From positions 1 to 33,721 of the forward strand of contig JALUTW010000332.1 of NCBI GenBank assembly GCA_027021685.1: a DNA stretch of 33,721 nucleotides, written 5' to 3'. A program made the position numbers and the translations under genes. How positions within the stretch are numbered: the first letter of the stretch is position 1; each line of letters begins with the position of its first letter. This document shows, one piece after another, positions 6,854 through 17,514 of the stretch. The stretch is from Chromatiales bacterium. Lineage in GTDB: Bacteria > Pseudomonadota > Gammaproteobacteria > CAMYNG01. The notes below the pieces were generated by a model. It was not told where the DNA came from and did not search any database. It worked only from the letters and a program-made list of their open reading frames with translations.

Positions 6854-9800
6854 ATGTTGCAGTTGCGAGGCGCGCGCGCCCTGTCGGACTTTCGCCGCGA
6901 CAAGCTGCTGCAGCAGATGCAGGCCCGGGTGCCGGCGGTCACGGGCGTCGAGGCCGAGTTCTGGCACTTCGTGCGCCTGGACCGGGCCCTCACCGAGCCG
7001 GAACGGGTCCTGCTGGACGAGGTGCTCACCTACGGCCCGCCACCGGCGGACGTGCCCGCGGCGGCCGCCCGCCTGCTGGTGGTGCCGCGGCCGGGGACCA
7101 TCTCGCCGTGGTCGTCCAAGGCCACCGACATCGCCCACAACTGCGGCCTCGAGGCCGTGGCCCGCATCGAGCGCGGCACCCTGTATCTGATCGGGGCGCG
7201 CGGCGCCCTGTCCGACCACGACCTGGCCCGGCTGCGCCCGCTGGTGCACGACCGCATGACCGAGGCGGTGCTGTCCGATCTCGACGAGGCCGAGGTCCTG
7301 TTCACCGAACACGAGCCGGCACCGCTGGGCACGGTGGACGTGCTGGGCGGCGGGCGCGAGGCCCTGGTGCGGGCCAACGCGGAGCTGGGCCTGGCCCTGG
7401 CCGAGGACGAGATCGACTACCTGGTGGACAGCTTCACCGGGCTGGGCCGCAACCCCACCGACGTGGAGCTCATGATGTTCGCCCAGGCCAACTCGGAGCA
7501 CTGCCGGCACAAGATCTTCCGTGCCGCGTGGCGCATCGACGGCCGCGAGCAGGATCGCGCCCTGTTCGACATGATCCGGCATACCTATGAGCGCCACCCG
7601 GACGGCATCCTCTCGGCCTACCACGACAACGCCGCGGTCATCGAGGGGCCCGAGGGCATGCGCTTCTTCCCCGACCCGGTGAGCGGCGAATACCGCGCCC
7701 GGCGCGAGCCGGTGCACATCCTCATGAAGGTGGAGACCCACAACCACCCCACCGCCATCTCGCCGTTTCCCGGCGCCGCCACCGGGGCCGGCGGCGAGAT
7801 CCGGGACGAGGCGGCCACCGGCCGCGGGGCCCGGGCCAAGGCCGGGCTGTGCGGGTTCTCGGTCTCCAACCTCCGCCTGCCCGGCTTCGTCCAGCCATGG
7901 GAGGTGGACCACGGCCGTCCGGCCCGCATCGACTCGGCCCTGGACATCATGCTGGAGGGGCCCATCGGTGCGGCGGCCTTCAACAACGAGTTCGGCCGGC
8001 CCAACATCTGCGGCTACTTCCGCACCTACGAGATGGAGGTCCCGGGGCCCACCGGGCGCGAGGTGCGCGGCTACCACAAGCCCATCATGCTCGCGGGCGG
8101 GGTGGGCAACGTGCGCGAGATGCACGTGACCAAGGGTGACATCCCGCCCGGGGCCCAGCTCATCGTGCTGGGCGGTCCCGCCATGCTCATCGGCCTGGGC
8201 GGCGGGGCCGCCTCCAGCATGAGCAGCGGCGAGAGCGAGGAGGACCTGGACTTCGCCTCGGTCCAGCGCGGCAACCCGGAGATGCAACGCCGCGCCCAGG
8301 AGGTCATCGATCGCTGCTGGCAGCTGGGCGAGGACAACCCCATCATCAGCATTCACGACGTGGGCGCGGGCGGCCTGTCCAATGCCTTTCCCGAGCTGGT
8401 GCACGACTCGGACCGCGGCGGCCGCTTCGAGCTGCGCGCGGTGCCCAGCGACGACCCCGGCATGTCCCCCATGGAGATCTGGTGCAACGAGGCGCAGGAG
8501 CGCTTCGTGCTGGCGGTGGCGCCCGAGGACCTGCCCCTGTTCAAGCGCATCTGCGAGCGCGAGCGCTGTCCCTATGCCATCGTGGGCGAGGCCACCGAGG
8601 ATCCGCAGCTGGTGGTGGGCGATGGCTACTTCGACAACACCCCCATCGACATGCCGCTGGAGCTGCTCCTGGGCAAGCCGCCCAAGATGCTGCGCGACGT
8701 GCATCACCATCCGTTCCCCAAGCCCGAGCTGGATCTCGCCGGGCTGGACGTGCGCGAGGCCGCCTACCGGCTGCTGCGCCTGCCCACGGTGGCGGCCAAG
8801 CAGTTCCTCGTCACCATCGGCGACCGCAGTGTCACCGGGCTCGTGGCCCGCGATCAGCTCGTGGGGCCGTGGCAGGTGCCGGTGGCGGACGTGGGCGTGA
8901 CGCTGACGGACTACCACGGTTACCGCGGCGAGGCCATGGCCGTGGGCGAGCGGACGCCGGTGGCGGTGCTGCACCATGCCGCCTCGGCGCGCATGGCGGT
9001 GGGAGAGGCCCTGACCAACCTCGCCGCGGCTCGCATCGACCGGTTGTCCGACGTGGTGCTGTCGGCCAACTGGATGGCGGCGGCCGGACATCCCGGCGAG
9101 GACGCGGGCCTGTACGACGCGGTGAAGGCGGTGGGCATGGAGCTGTGCCCGGCGCTGGGGCTGGCCATCCCGGTGGGCAAGGATTCCATGTCCATGAAGA
9201 CGGTGTGGGAGCAGGACGGCGAGCGGCGCGAGGTGACTGCGCCGTTGTCCCTCATCGTCTCCGCCTTCGCTCCGGTACTGGACGCGCGCGCCACTCTCAC
9301 GCCGCAGCTCAGGCGCGATGCCGGCGACACCGATCTGATCTTCATCGACCTGGGCAAGGGGCGCAACCGCCTGGGGGCCTCGTGCCTGGCCCAGGTCTAC
9401 GGCCAGGCCGGCCACCACCCGGCGGACCTGGACGACCCCAACGCCGTGCGTGCCTTCTTCGATCTCATTCAGTCGCTCAACGCCGAGGGGCTGCTGCTGG
9501 CCTACCACGACCGCTCCGACGGCGGCCTGTTCGCCACCGTGTGCGAGATGGCCTTCGCCGGCCACACCGGCGTGCGGGTGGCCCTGGACGACCTGGGCGA
9601 GGACCCGGTGGCGGCGCTGTTCAGCGAGGAGCTGGGGGCCGTGATCCAGGTGCGCCACTGCGACACCGAGGACGTCATCGCCCGCTGCCGCGAGGCGGGG
9701 CTGGGCCATCACAGCCACGTCATCGGCACCCTGGCCGAGGACGATCGCATCGTGTTCACCTTCGATCACGCGCCGCTGCTGGACGAGGCCCGGGTCGACC

Positions 9801-10747
9801 TGCAGCGGGCCTGGTGGGAGACCACCTGGCGCATGCAGGCCCTGCGCGACAACCCCGAGTGCGCGCAGCAGGAGTACGACAGCCTGCTGGATGCGGACGA
9901 CCCCGGCCTGCACGCTCACCTGACCTTCGACCCGGACGAGGACGTGGCCGCGCCCCTGGTGCGCACGGGGGCCCGGCCGCGCATCGCGGTGCTGCGCGAG
10001 CAGGGCGTCAACGGCCAGGTGGAGATGGCGGCGGCCTTCGCCCGGGCCGGCTTCACCCCGGTGGACGTGCACATGAGCGACATCCTGGCCGGGCGGGTGT
10101 CGCTGGGGGCCTTCCACGGCCTGGTCGCCTGCGGCGGCTTTTCCTACGGCGACGTGCTGGGTGCCGGCGGCGGCTGGGCCAAGTCCATCCTGTACAACCC
10201 CCGCGCGCGCGAGGAGTTCGAGGCCTTCTTCCACCGCGGCGACACCTTTGCCCTGGGCGTGTGCAACGGCTGCCAGATGATGGCCGCCCTGCGCGAACTC
10301 ATTCCCGGCACCGATCACTGGCCGCTGTTCGTGCGCAACCGCTCCGAGCAGTTCGAGGCCCGGCTGGTGATGGTGGAGGTGCTGGACTCGCCCTCGCCGC
10401 TGTTCGACGGCATGGCCGGCTCGCGCCTGCCCGTGGTGGTGGCCCACGGCGAGGGCCGGGCCGAGTTCAGTGCCCGCGACGGCGCCGCGGCGGCGCTGGC
10501 GGCCCGGCAGGTGACCCTGCGCTACGTGGACCACCGCGGCGCGGTGACCGAGATCTATCCCTTCAATCCCAACGGCTCGCCGCTGGGCATCACCGGCCTC
10601 ACCAGCACCGACGGCCGCTTCAACATCATGATGCCGCACCCGGAGCGCGTGTTCCGCACCGTGCAGCATTCCTGGCACCCGGATCAGTGGGGCGAGGACG
10701 GCCCCTGGCTGCGCCTGTTCCGCAACGCCCGCCGCTGGCTGGACTGA
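6854..10747 (+). CDS. purL: phosphoribosylformylglycinamidine synthase, single-chain large form
   Basis: 1297 aa with N-terminus [14 protein letters not shown]. It has the FGAM synthase core and a C-terminal glutaminase domain ([15 protein letters not shown]). Confidence 0.97.
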   Translation: MLQLRGARALSDFRRDKLLQQMQARVPAVTGVEAEFWHFVRLDRALTEPERVLLDEVLTYGPPPADVPAAAARLLVVPRPGTISPWSSKATDIAHNCGLEAVARIERGTLYLIGARGALSDHDLARLRPLVHDRMTEAVLSDLDEAEVLFTEHEPAPLGTVDVLGGGREALVRANAELGLALAEDEIDYLVDSFTGLGRNPTDVELMMFAQANSEHCRHKIFRAAWRIDGREQDRALFDMIRHTYERHPDGILSAYHDNAAVIEGPEGMRFFPDPVSGEYRARREPVHILMKVETHNHPTAISPFPGAATGAGGEIRDEAATGRGARAKAGLCGFSVSNLRLPGFVQPWEVDHGRPARIDSALDIMLEGPIGAAAFNNEFGRPNICGYFRTYEMEVPGPTGREVRGYHKPIMLAGGVGNVREMHVTKGDIPPGAQLIVLGGPAMLIGLGGGAASSMSSGESEEDLDFASVQRGNPEMQRRAQEVIDRCWQLGEDNPIISIHDVGAGGLSNAFPELVHDSDRGGRFELRAVPSDDPGMSPMEIWCNEAQERFVLAVAPEDLPLFKRICERERCPYAIVGEATEDPQLVVGDGYFDNTPIDMPLELLLGKPPKMLRDVHHHPFPKPELDLAGLDVREAAYRLLRLPTVAAKQFLVTIGDRSVTGLVARDQLVGPWQVPVADVGVTLTDYHGYRGEAMAVGERTPVAVLHHAASARMAVGEALTNLAAARIDRLSDVVLSANWMAAAGHPGEDAGLYDAVKAVGMELCPALGLAIPVGKDSMSMKTVWEQDGERREVTAPLSLIVSAFAPVLDARATLTPQLRRDAGDTDLIFIDLGKGRNRLGASCLAQVYGQAGHHPADLDDPNAVRAFFDLIQSLNAEGLLLAYHDRSDGGLFATVCEMAFAGHTGVRVALDDLGEDPVAALFSEELGAVIQVRHCDTEDVIARCREAGLGHHSHVIGTLAEDDRIVFTFDHAPLLDEARVDLQRAWWETTWRMQALRDNPECAQQEYDSLLDADDPGLHAHLTFDPDEDVAAPLVRTGARPRIAVLREQGVNGQVEMAAAFARAGFTPVDVHMSDILAGRVSLGAFHGLVACGGFSYGDVLGAGGGWAKSILYNPRAREEFEAFFHRGDTFALGVCNGCQMMAALRELIPGTDHWPLFVRNRSEQFEARLVMVEVLDSPSPLFDGMAGSRLPVVVAHGEGRAEFSARDGAAAALAARQVTLRYVDHRGAVTEIYPFNPNGSPLGITGLTSTDGRFNIMMPHPERVFRTVQHSWHPDQWGEDGPWLRLFRNARRWLD

Positions 10748-10748
10748 A

Positions 10749-10786
10749 CGGCCGGCCGGCGCTCAAGCCGCGGCCGCGGCCGGTCG
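10749..10786 (+). terminator. GC-rich stem-loop after purL (possible terminator)
   Basis: Positions 10749-10758 pair with 10777-10786 (10 bp including one G-U). The stem starts 2 nt after the purL stop, and a weak T-run (TGTTTC) lies 6 nt downstream. Confidence 0.3.
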
Positions 10787-10823
10787 ATAGCTGTTTCGTG
10801 GGGTGCGGGCGGAGTCCAGCGGC

Positions 10824-12077
10824 ATGAAGGAGAGGGTCAAGGTCTTCGCCGAAGATCTCGCCCGCGGCATGTTCGTGTGCGAGCTGGACCGGCCGTGGCT
10901 GGAATCCCCCTTCCTGTTCCAGGGTTTCCGCATCGAGACCGACGACGAGCTGGCGCAGCTGCGCGAAACCTGCCAGTACGTGTTCGTGGACGTGGAGCAG
11001 TCCAGCGACGAGGTGGTGCCACGCCTGCTCCAGCGGGCGGGACCGTCTCCGCCGCCACGGGCACCCCGCCGCTCCGGTTCACCCGGGGACCGGAACGAGG
11101 GCCTGGATCGGGCCCAGTTTCACGCCGAGCTGAAGCGGGCGCGCGGCCGCTACGACGAGACCCGCGCCTTCATCGTCCGCGCCCTGGAGGACAGCCGCCT
11201 GGGCCGCACCGTGGACTCGCGCGAGGCCTGCCGGCTGGTGGGGGAGCTGGCCGAGAGCATCGTGCGCAACGCCAATGCGCTGGTCTGGCTCACCCATCTC
11301 AAGAGCCGCGATGAGTACACGGTGACCCACTGCATCAATGTGTGCATCCTGGCGCTGGCCTTTGGCCGCTTCCTCGGCCTCGAGCGGGGTGCCCTGGAGA
11401 CCGTGGGTCTGGGCGCGCTGCTGCACGACCTGGGCAAGATGCGGATCCCGCCCGAGGTGCTGCACAAGCCGGGACGCCTCACCGCCGAGGAGTTCGATCT
11501 CATCAAGACCCACCCGGTGTGGGGCCACCAGATCCTGGCCGGGGCGCCCGGGCTGACGGGCGAGATCCTCGACATCGTCCGCCATCACCACGAGCGGCTG
11601 GATGGCCGCGGCTACCCCGACGGCCTGGCGGCGGAGCAGGTGGGGCTGTATACGCGCATCGTCTCCATCGTCGACATCTATGACGCCGTCACCTCGGACC
11701 GGGCGTACCGGGACGGGATCCCGCCCCACGAGGCGCTCAAGAACATCTATGACTGGGCGCCCGAGGGCCTCGACGAGGAACTGGTGGCGGCGTTCATCCG
11801 CTGTCTCGGCATCTATCCCATCGGCTCCCTGGTGGAGCTGGCCAGCGGCCACGTGGGCGTGGTGGTCCAGTCCAACCCGAAGCACCGCCTGCGGCCCGTG
11901 GTGCTGCTGGTGCTCAACCGGCGCAAGGAACCCTACGCCCGGCGCAAGCTCCTCAACCTGGCCTCGCCACGCTGGGAGGGCGAGGCGGAGCGGCCCGAGA
12001 TCGGCCGCATCCTCGGCCGCGGCGCCTATGGCCTCGATGTGCGCCGCATCATCGAGGCCGAGTGCCGGCTGGCCTGA
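10824..12077 (+). CDS. HD-GYP domain c-di-GMP phosphodiesterase with an N-terminal DUF3391-like region
   Basis: Contains HDLGK and HHERLDGRGYPDGL (HD and GYP motifs). I prefer ATG 10824 to the GTG at 10803. Confidence 0.9.
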   Translation: MKERVKVFAEDLARGMFVCELDRPWLESPFLFQGFRIETDDELAQLRETCQYVFVDVEQSSDEVVPRLLQRAGPSPPPRAPRRSGSPGDRNEGLDRAQFHAELKRARGRYDETRAFIVRALEDSRLGRTVDSREACRLVGELAESIVRNANALVWLTHLKSRDEYTVTHCINVCILALAFGRFLGLERGALETVGLGALLHDLGKMRIPPEVLHKPGRLTAEEFDLIKTHPVWGHQILAGAPGLTGEILDIVRHHHERLDGRGYPDGLAAEQVGLYTRIVSIVDIYDAVTSDRAYRDGIPPHEALKNIYDWAPEGLDEELVAAFIRCLGIYPIGSLVELASGHVGVVVQSNPKHRLRPVVLLVLNRRKEPYARRKLLNLASPRWEGEAERPEIGRILGRGAYGLDVRRIIEAECRLA

Positions 12078-12110
12078 TTCGGTCGTCGGCCCCGGCGTCC
12101 CGGCTCCCGG

Positions 12111-12173
12111 CCCCCAGCACCCAGCCCCCAGCACCCAGTCCCCAGCCCCCAGCCCCCAGCCCCCAGCACCCGT
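12111..12173. repeat. heptanucleotide tandem repeat (YMCCCAG, about 9 units); G-run-rich on the minus strand
   Basis: Read directly: CCCCCAG CACCCAG CCCCCAG CACCCAG TCCCCAG CCCCCAG CCCCCAG CCCCCAG CACCCGT. It lies between the HD-GYP stop (12077) and the ABC ATPase start (12195). Confidence 0.9.
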
Positions 12174-12194
12174 CATGTATACTGCCGCACCGCC

Positions 12195-13118
12195 ATGACC
12201 GTCCCTGCACTGGAAATCGAGAACCTCACCAAGACCTACCGCAACGGGGTCCAGGCCCTGCGCGGGGTGGACCTGCGGGTGGAGGAGGGCGAGTTCTTCG
12301 CCCTGCTGGGGCCCAACGGGGCCGGCAAGTCCACCACCATCGGGATCATCTGCTCCCTGGTGCGCAAGTCCGGCGGCCGGGTGGCGGTGTTCGGCCACGA
12401 CATCGACCGCGAGATGGAAGCGGCCAAGAGCTGCATCGGACTGGTGCCGCAGGAGTTCAACTTCAACCAGTTCGAGCCGGTGGAGGAGATCGTCATCAAC
12501 CAGGCCGGCTATTACGGCATCCCCCGCCGCCGCGCCCGGCCCCGGGCCGAGGCCTGCCTGAGGCAGCTGGGGCTGTGGGACCAGCGGCGGGTGATGGCGC
12601 GCGAGCTGTCCGGCGGCCAGAAGCGGCGCCTCATGATCGCCCGCGCCCTGGTGCACGAACCACGCATGCTGATCCTGGACGAGCCCACCGCCGGGGTGGA
12701 CATCGAGGTGCGCCGCTCCATGTGGGCCTTCCTGCGCGAGACCAACGCCCGCGGGACCACCATCATCCTCACCACCCACTACCTGGAGGAGGCCGAGGCC
12801 CTGTGCCGGCGGGTGGCCATCATCGATCACGGCCGCACCATCGAGAACAGCGCCATGCGCGACCTGCTCATGCAGCTCCACGTGGAGACCTTCATCCTCA
12901 ACACCCGCGAGGCCCTGGCCGAGGTGCCGGCGGTGGAGGGCTACACGCTGCGCCGGGTGGACGAGCACACCCTGGAGGCCGATGTGGAGCGCGAACGCAG
13001 CGTCAACGGCCTGTTCGAACAGCTCAGCCGCCAGGGCGTGCACGTCCTCAGCATGCGCAACAAGAGCAACCGGCTGGAGGAACTGTTCCTGCGCCGCGTG
13101 GGGAGGGCGCAACCGTGA
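12195..13118 (+). CDS. yadG: ABC transporter ATP-binding protein (ABC-2 type, YadG-like)
   Basis: 307 aa with Walker A GPNGAGKST, signature LSGGQKRRL and Walker B MLILDEPT. Its stop overlaps the permease start. Confidence 0.88.
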   Translation: MTVPALEIENLTKTYRNGVQALRGVDLRVEEGEFFALLGPNGAGKSTTIGIICSLVRKSGGRVAVFGHDIDREMEAAKSCIGLVPQEFNFNQFEPVEEIVINQAGYYGIPRRRARPRAEACLRQLGLWDQRRVMARELSGGQKRRLMIARALVHEPRMLILDEPTAGVDIEVRRSMWAFLRETNARGTTIILTTHYLEEAEALCRRVAIIDHGRTIENSAMRDLLMQLHVETFILNTREALAEVPAVEGYTLRRVDEHTLEADVERERSVNGLFEQLSRQGVHVLSMRNKSNRLEELFLRRVGRAQP

Positions 13119-13888
13119 CGCCGTCGCAGCAGGCCGCGGCCTTCCTCACCCTGCTCATCAAGGAGTGCCTGCGCTTCATCCGCATCTGGGTGCAGACGGT
13201 GCTGCCGGCGGCGGTGACCATGTCCCTCTATTTCGTGATCTTCGGCGGGCTCATCGGGTCACAGCTGGCCGATGTCAAGGGCCTGCGCTACATGGACTAC
13301 ATCGTGCCCGGCATCATTCTCATGGCGGTCATCAACAACGCCTACGCCAACGTGGTGTCCTCGTTCTTCAGTGCCAAGTTCCAGCGCCACATCGAGGAGA
13401 TGCTGGTCTCGCCCATGCCCAACTGGCTCATCGTCGCCGGCTACACTGCCGGCGGCATGGCCCGCGGGCTGGTGGTGGGACTGGCGGTGACCGTGGTGGC
13501 GGCGTGGTTCACCGACCTCCAGGTGCACAGCTGGCCGGTGGTGGTCGCGGTGGTGCTGCTGACCACCATGCTGTTCGCCCTGGGCGGGCTCATCAACGCA
13601 GTGTTCGCCCGCAGCTTCGACGACATCTCCATCATTCCCACCTTCGTCCTCACTCCGCTGACCTATCTGGGCGGGGTGTTCTATTCCATCGACATGCTGC
13701 CCGGGTTCTGGCAGCAGGCCTCGCGCCTGAACCCGGTGCTGTACATGGTCAGCGCCTTCCGTTACGGCATGCAGGGGGTGGCCGACGTGCCGCTGGCGGT
13801 GTCCTTTGCCCTCATCATCGGCTTCGTGGTGATCCTGTTCGCCGCCGCCGTCTGGCTGCTGCACCGCGGGGTCGGCGTGCGCAGCTGA
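13115..13888 (+). CDS. yadH: ABC-2 type transporter permease (YadH-like)
   Basis: 257 aa from GTG 13115, which overlaps the ATPase stop (GTGA). Blocks RIWVQT, NAYANVVSSFFSAKFQRHIEE, PTFVLTPLTYLGGVFYS and LNPVLYM..FRYG match my recollection of E. coli YadH. Confidence 0.85.
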   Translation: MTPSQQAAAFLTLLIKECLRFIRIWVQTVLPAAVTMSLYFVIFGGLIGSQLADVKGLRYMDYIVPGIILMAVINNAYANVVSSFFSAKFQRHIEEMLVSPMPNWLIVAGYTAGGMARGLVVGLAVTVVAAWFTDLQVHSWPVVVAVVLLTTMLFALGGLINAVFARSFDDISIIPTFVLTPLTYLGGVFYSIDMLPGFWQQASRLNPVLYMVSAFRYGMQGVADVPLAVSFALIIGFVVILFAAAVWLLHRGVGVRS

Positions 13889-14071
13889 CCCCGGCATGCC
13901 GGGCCGCCGCCGGGCATCAGTGCTTTCGTGCTAGCCGGTCCGGCTCTTGTCCGCCCCGGCCCGCGCTGGGCTATACTCGATTGAACTGGGTCCAGGGGTG
14001 GGGCCGGGATCGACGGGTGGCGGGACGAGGGAAAGCGTGCGCCGCCGCCAGGCGCGACGACAAGGGGGACC

Positions 14072-16606
14072 ATGGCCCAGCGGGATGCCGCAGGCGGCGG
14101 GCCGGCCCGGCGGCGGGTGGCGAGCCTGCGCCGGCGCTATCTGGTCGTGGCCGGACTGCTCATCGTGGCAGTGGCGGTGTGCATCGGTGCCACCCAGTAC
14201 TATCTGAGCCGGGTGGGCGAGGCCGGCTTTCGCCACATCGCCCAGCGGGCCGCGGTGACCCGCGAGCTGCTCCACGCCAAGAACGCCCTGGTCCAGGCCC
14301 GGGACCTGCTGGACCTCTACCTGCTCTCGCCCTCGGCCCGTTACCGCGAGGCCTTCCATGTCGCGCTCAACGATGCCGAGGCGGCGGTGGCCCGGCTGGC
14401 CGGCCTGGAGTGGGTGCACGAGATGGGCCTGGCCGACGCGGTGAGGGCCCTGGCGCCGCAACTGGCGAGCCTGCACCAGCGCGGCGATCAGCTCATGAGC
14501 GTGCGCCTCGATGCGGTGGCCATGTATCCCGCCATGCGCCTGGCCAACGGCCGCATGCTGGCCGCCAACCGGGCCATCGCCTCGGCCCTGGAGCTGGCCA
14601 TCGTCGAGGCCCGCGAGGAGGACGACGGCGCCACCGAGACCCTGCTGGTGGAGACGCGCAACACCTGGAACCGGCTCATCAGTGCCTACCGCCTGTATCT
14701 CATCAACCGCCTGGGTTCGCTGTTCGAGGATGCCCTCCCCGGGCAGCTGGGCGACGTGGAGACTCTCTACGCCCAGCTCGACGGCCAGCTCCGGCGTCTG
14801 GCCGCGGTCCGGCGGGCCGGCCGCCTGGGCCTGCAGGGTGAGGAAAGCGTCGAGACCCTGCTGCGGCTGGCGCCGCAATGGTACCGGGACTACCAGGTGG
14901 TGGTGGGCATCAACAGCGGCGAGACCTGGCGCGGGGACGTTCCGCTCATTCGCGACATCATTCAGCCCGGTTTCCGCCACCTGCGCGAGCACCTGGGACG
15001 GCTGGACCGCCGGCTCAGCGAACATGCCCAGGCGGACGTGGTCGCCCAGCAGCAGGCAGTGCAGCTCAGCGGCTACGTGTTGTGGCTGCTGGCCGCCTTC
15101 ATCGCCCTGGTGGTGGCCGGGGGGTACCGGACGTTTTCCCGCCGTCTGCTGGCGCCGGTGGCCCAGGTGGTGCGCCAGCTTCACGCCGAGGCCGGCGGTC
15201 GCGGCGGCGGGGCCCTGCCGCCCGCGGACACGGCGGAGGTGCAGGCCCTGGTGAGCGCCTTTGCCCAGATGCGCGACCAGGTGCACCGCCGGCAGCGGGC
15301 GCTGGAGTACCAGGCCCTGCACGACGATCTCACCGGGCTGCCCAACCGCACCCTGCTCCAGGACCGGCTGCAGCGGGCGATGCTGGCGGCCCACCGCGAT
15401 GGCACCGGCCTGGCCCTGGTCCTGCTGGATCTCAACCGGTTCAAGGAGATCAACGACACCCTGGGCCACCAGGCGGGGGATCGCCTGCTGCAGCAGGTGG
15501 CCGCGCGCCTGGCCGGAACCCTGCGCGAGAGCGATACCGTGGCCCGGCTGGGGGGCGACGAGTTCGCCATGGTCCTGCCGGAGATCCGGCGCGAAGGTGT
15601 GGAAGCGGTGGCGCGCAAGATGCTGGAGGCGCTGGAGGAGGTGTACGCGGTGGAGGACCACCGTCTCTATATCGGCGCCAGCCTGGGCATCGCCCTGTAT
15701 CCGGAGCACGGTACCACCACCGAGGAACTCATGCGCCATGCCGACGTGGCCATGTACCTGGCCAAGCGCTCCAACAGCGGCGTCGCCGTGTACGAGGCCG
15801 AGCGCGACCGGCACAGCGTGGGCCAGCTGGCCCTGCTGTCGTCACTGCGCCGCGCGCTGGAAAGCGGGCAGATGGAACTCCACTACCAGCCCAAGGTGGC
15901 CGCGGGCGGCGGCACGCTGATGGGGTTCGAGGCGCTGCTGCGCTGGCACCATCCCGACCGGGGCCTGGTGCCGCCGGACGAGTTCATTCCACTGGCGGAG
16001 CAGACCGGACTCATTCGCAAGCTGTCGCGCTGGGTGGTGGACCGGGCCCTGGAGCAGTCCCGCCGCTGGCAACGGGCGGGCACGCCGGTGCCGGTGGCGG
16101 TCAACCTGTCGGTGTGGGATCTCCAGGATGCCGACTTTCCCGCCTGGGTCGAGGAGCGGCTCCGGCACTGGGATGTCGGTGCCGGGCACCTGGAGCTGGA
16201 GATCACGGAAAGCGCCATGATGCTGGAGCCCGAGCGGGCCCACGAGGTGGTGGCGGCCCTGGCGGGCCTGGGCCTGCGGGTCTCCATCGACGACTACGGG
16301 GCCGGTTTTTCCTCCCTGGCCTACCTCAAGCGCCTGCGCCTGGCGGCGCTCAAGATCGACAAGTCCTTCGTGCTGGACATGCTCTCCAACGAAAACGACG
16401 CCATCATCGTGCGTTCCACCATCGACCTGGCCCACAACCTGGGGCTCAAGGTGGTGGCCGAGGGTGTGGAGGACGGCGAGACCGCGGCCCTGCTGGAGGC
16501 GCTGGGCTGCGACCTGTTGCAAGGTTTCTACATCGCGCGGCCGGCCGCCGCCACCGAGGTGGAGGCGTGGATGGCGGCGCGCCCGGCCAGGGCGACCAAC
16601 GCCTGA
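14072..16606 (+). CDS. membrane sensor diguanylate cyclase/phosphodiesterase (TM - periplasmic helical domain - TM - HAMP - GGDEF - EAL)
   Basis: 844 aa with two hydrophobic segments. It has RESD (I-site-like RxxD) 5 residues before GGDEF. EAL motifs are intact: EALLRW, DDYGAGFSSL, KIDKSF, EGVED, QGFY. AAGGGGGA lies before ATG 14072. Confidence 0.92.
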   Translation: MAQRDAAGGGPARRRVASLRRRYLVVAGLLIVAVAVCIGATQYYLSRVGEAGFRHIAQRAAVTRELLHAKNALVQARDLLDLYLLSPSARYREAFHVALNDAEAAVARLAGLEWVHEMGLADAVRALAPQLASLHQRGDQLMSVRLDAVAMYPAMRLANGRMLAANRAIASALELAIVEAREEDDGATETLLVETRNTWNRLISAYRLYLINRLGSLFEDALPGQLGDVETLYAQLDGQLRRLAAVRRAGRLGLQGEESVETLLRLAPQWYRDYQVVVGINSGETWRGDVPLIRDIIQPGFRHLREHLGRLDRRLSEHAQADVVAQQQAVQLSGYVLWLLAAFIALVVAGGYRTFSRRLLAPVAQVVRQLHAEAGGRGGGALPPADTAEVQALVSAFAQMRDQVHRRQRALEYQALHDDLTGLPNRTLLQDRLQRAMLAAHRDGTGLALVLLDLNRFKEINDTLGHQAGDRLLQQVAARLAGTLRESDTVARLGGDEFAMVLPEIRREGVEAVARKMLEALEEVYAVEDHRLYIGASLGIALYPEHGTTTEELMRHADVAMYLAKRSNSGVAVYEAERDRHSVGQLALLSSLRRALESGQMELHYQPKVAAGGGTLMGFEALLRWHHPDRGLVPPDEFIPLAEQTGLIRKLSRWVVDRALEQSRRWQRAGTPVPVAVNLSVWDLQDADFPAWVEERLRHWDVGAGHLELEITESAMMLEPERAHEVVAALAGLGLRVSIDDYGAGFSSLAYLKRLRLAALKIDKSFVLDMLSNENDAIIVRSTIDLAHNLGLKVVAEGVEDGETAALLEALGCDLLQGFYIARPAAATEVEAWMAARPARATNA

Positions 16607-16621
16607 ACCGCCGTTCCCGCG

Positions 16622-16641
16622 CCCCCCGGCACCGGCGGGGG
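16622..16641. terminator. GC-rich bulged stem-loop between convergent genes
   Basis: The C-run at 16622-16627 pairs with the G-run at 16637-16641. It sits between the GGDEF-EAL stop (16606) and the SDR stop (16651). There is no T-tract. It shares the 10-mer CCCCCCGGCA with the hairpin at 19202. Confidence 0.25.
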
Positions 16642-16650
16642 CGGGCGGCT

Positions 16651-17514
16651 TCAGCGCCGGCCGCCGCCGCCGATGGAGGCCAGCAGGGCGTCCAGCATCC
16701 GGTCGGGCAGAACCCGGCGCAGGCGGGCCAGCAGGTGGGTGGGCACGGTGACGTAGTAGCGGGTGCGCGGGCGGCGGCTCTCCAGGGCATGGATCACCTT
16801 GCGCAGCACGGCCTCCGGCGGCAGGGTGAAGGGGGCGGCGTCGCCCTCGTGCGCCAGCCGTTCCGCGACTCCGGCATAGTGGTCGCGGAACGGGCTGCTG
16901 GCGACGTCGATGTTGCGGCGGAAGTGCTCCATGGCGTTGGCCCGGAAGCGGCTGCGGATGGGGCCCGGCTCGATGAGGCTGACATGGATGCCGGTGCCGC
17001 GCAGCTCCAGGCGCAGGGTGTCGGTGAGTCCCTCGAGGGCGAACTTGGAGGCGTTGTAGGCGCCGCGGAAGGGCAGGGCCACCAGGCCGAGGATGGAGCT
17101 GTTCTGGACGATGCGCCCGTGGCCCTGGCGCCGCATCACCGGCAGCACCCGGTTGGTGAGGTCCACCCAGCCGAACAGGTTGGTCTCGAACTGCGCCCGC
17201 AGGACCTCCCGGCGCAGGTCCTCCACCGCACCGGGCTGGCCGTAGGCGCCGTTGTTGAACAGGGCGTCCAGGCGCCCGCCGGTGCGCACGAGCACCGCCT
17301 CCACCGCGGCGGCGACGGAGTCGGGGTCGTCGAGATCCAGGCACAGGCTCTCCAGCCCCGGCTGTTGCAGGGCATTGAGCCGCTCCACGTCGGCGGCGCG
17401 GCGCGCGGTGGCGAACACGCGCCAGCCGCGCCCGGCCAGGCCGCGTGCCACGCATTCCCCGATGCCCGACGAGCAGCCGGTGACGAGGACGCTGCGCCGG
17501 CCGTCCGTACTCAT
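16651..17514 (-). CDS. short-chain dehydrogenase/reductase (SDR) family oxidoreductase
   Basis: 287 aa with VLVTGCSSGIG (TGxxxGIG), NNG and YNASKFALEG (YxxxK). Its start overlaps the upstream gene's stop (ATGA at 17511-17514). Confidence 0.9.
   Translation of the reverse strand: MSTDGRRSVLVTGCSSGIGECVARGLAGRGWRVFATARRAADVERLNALQQPGLESLCLDLDDPDSVAAAVEAVLVRTGGRLDALFNNGAYGQPGAVEDLRREVLRAQFETNLFGWVDLTNRVLPVMRRQGHGRIVQNSSILGLVALPFRGAYNASKFALEGLTDTLRLELRGTGIHVSLIEPGPIRSRFRANAMEHFRRNIDVASSPFRDHYAGVAERLAHEGDAAPFTLPPEAVLRKVIHALESRRPRTRYYVTVPTHLLARLRRVLPDRMLDALLASIGGGGRR

Noticed and set aside
6398-10678. 1426-aa ORF antisense to purL
   Set aside because: It lies entirely opposite a confidently identified gene. 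Its translation is a low-complexity Ala/Gly/Arg/His/Val string with no motifs. This is the typical open antisense frame of high-GC DNA.
12062-13114. Pro/Ser/Gln-rich repeat protein (PAPSTQPPAPSPQPPAPSPQ) read through the heptamer array as the N-terminus of the permease ORF
   Set aside because: This frame runs through the ABC ATPase gene in an alternative frame. The permease has a natural GTG start at 13115 overlapping the ATPase stop. The peptide repeat is just the translation of the DNA heptamer repeat.
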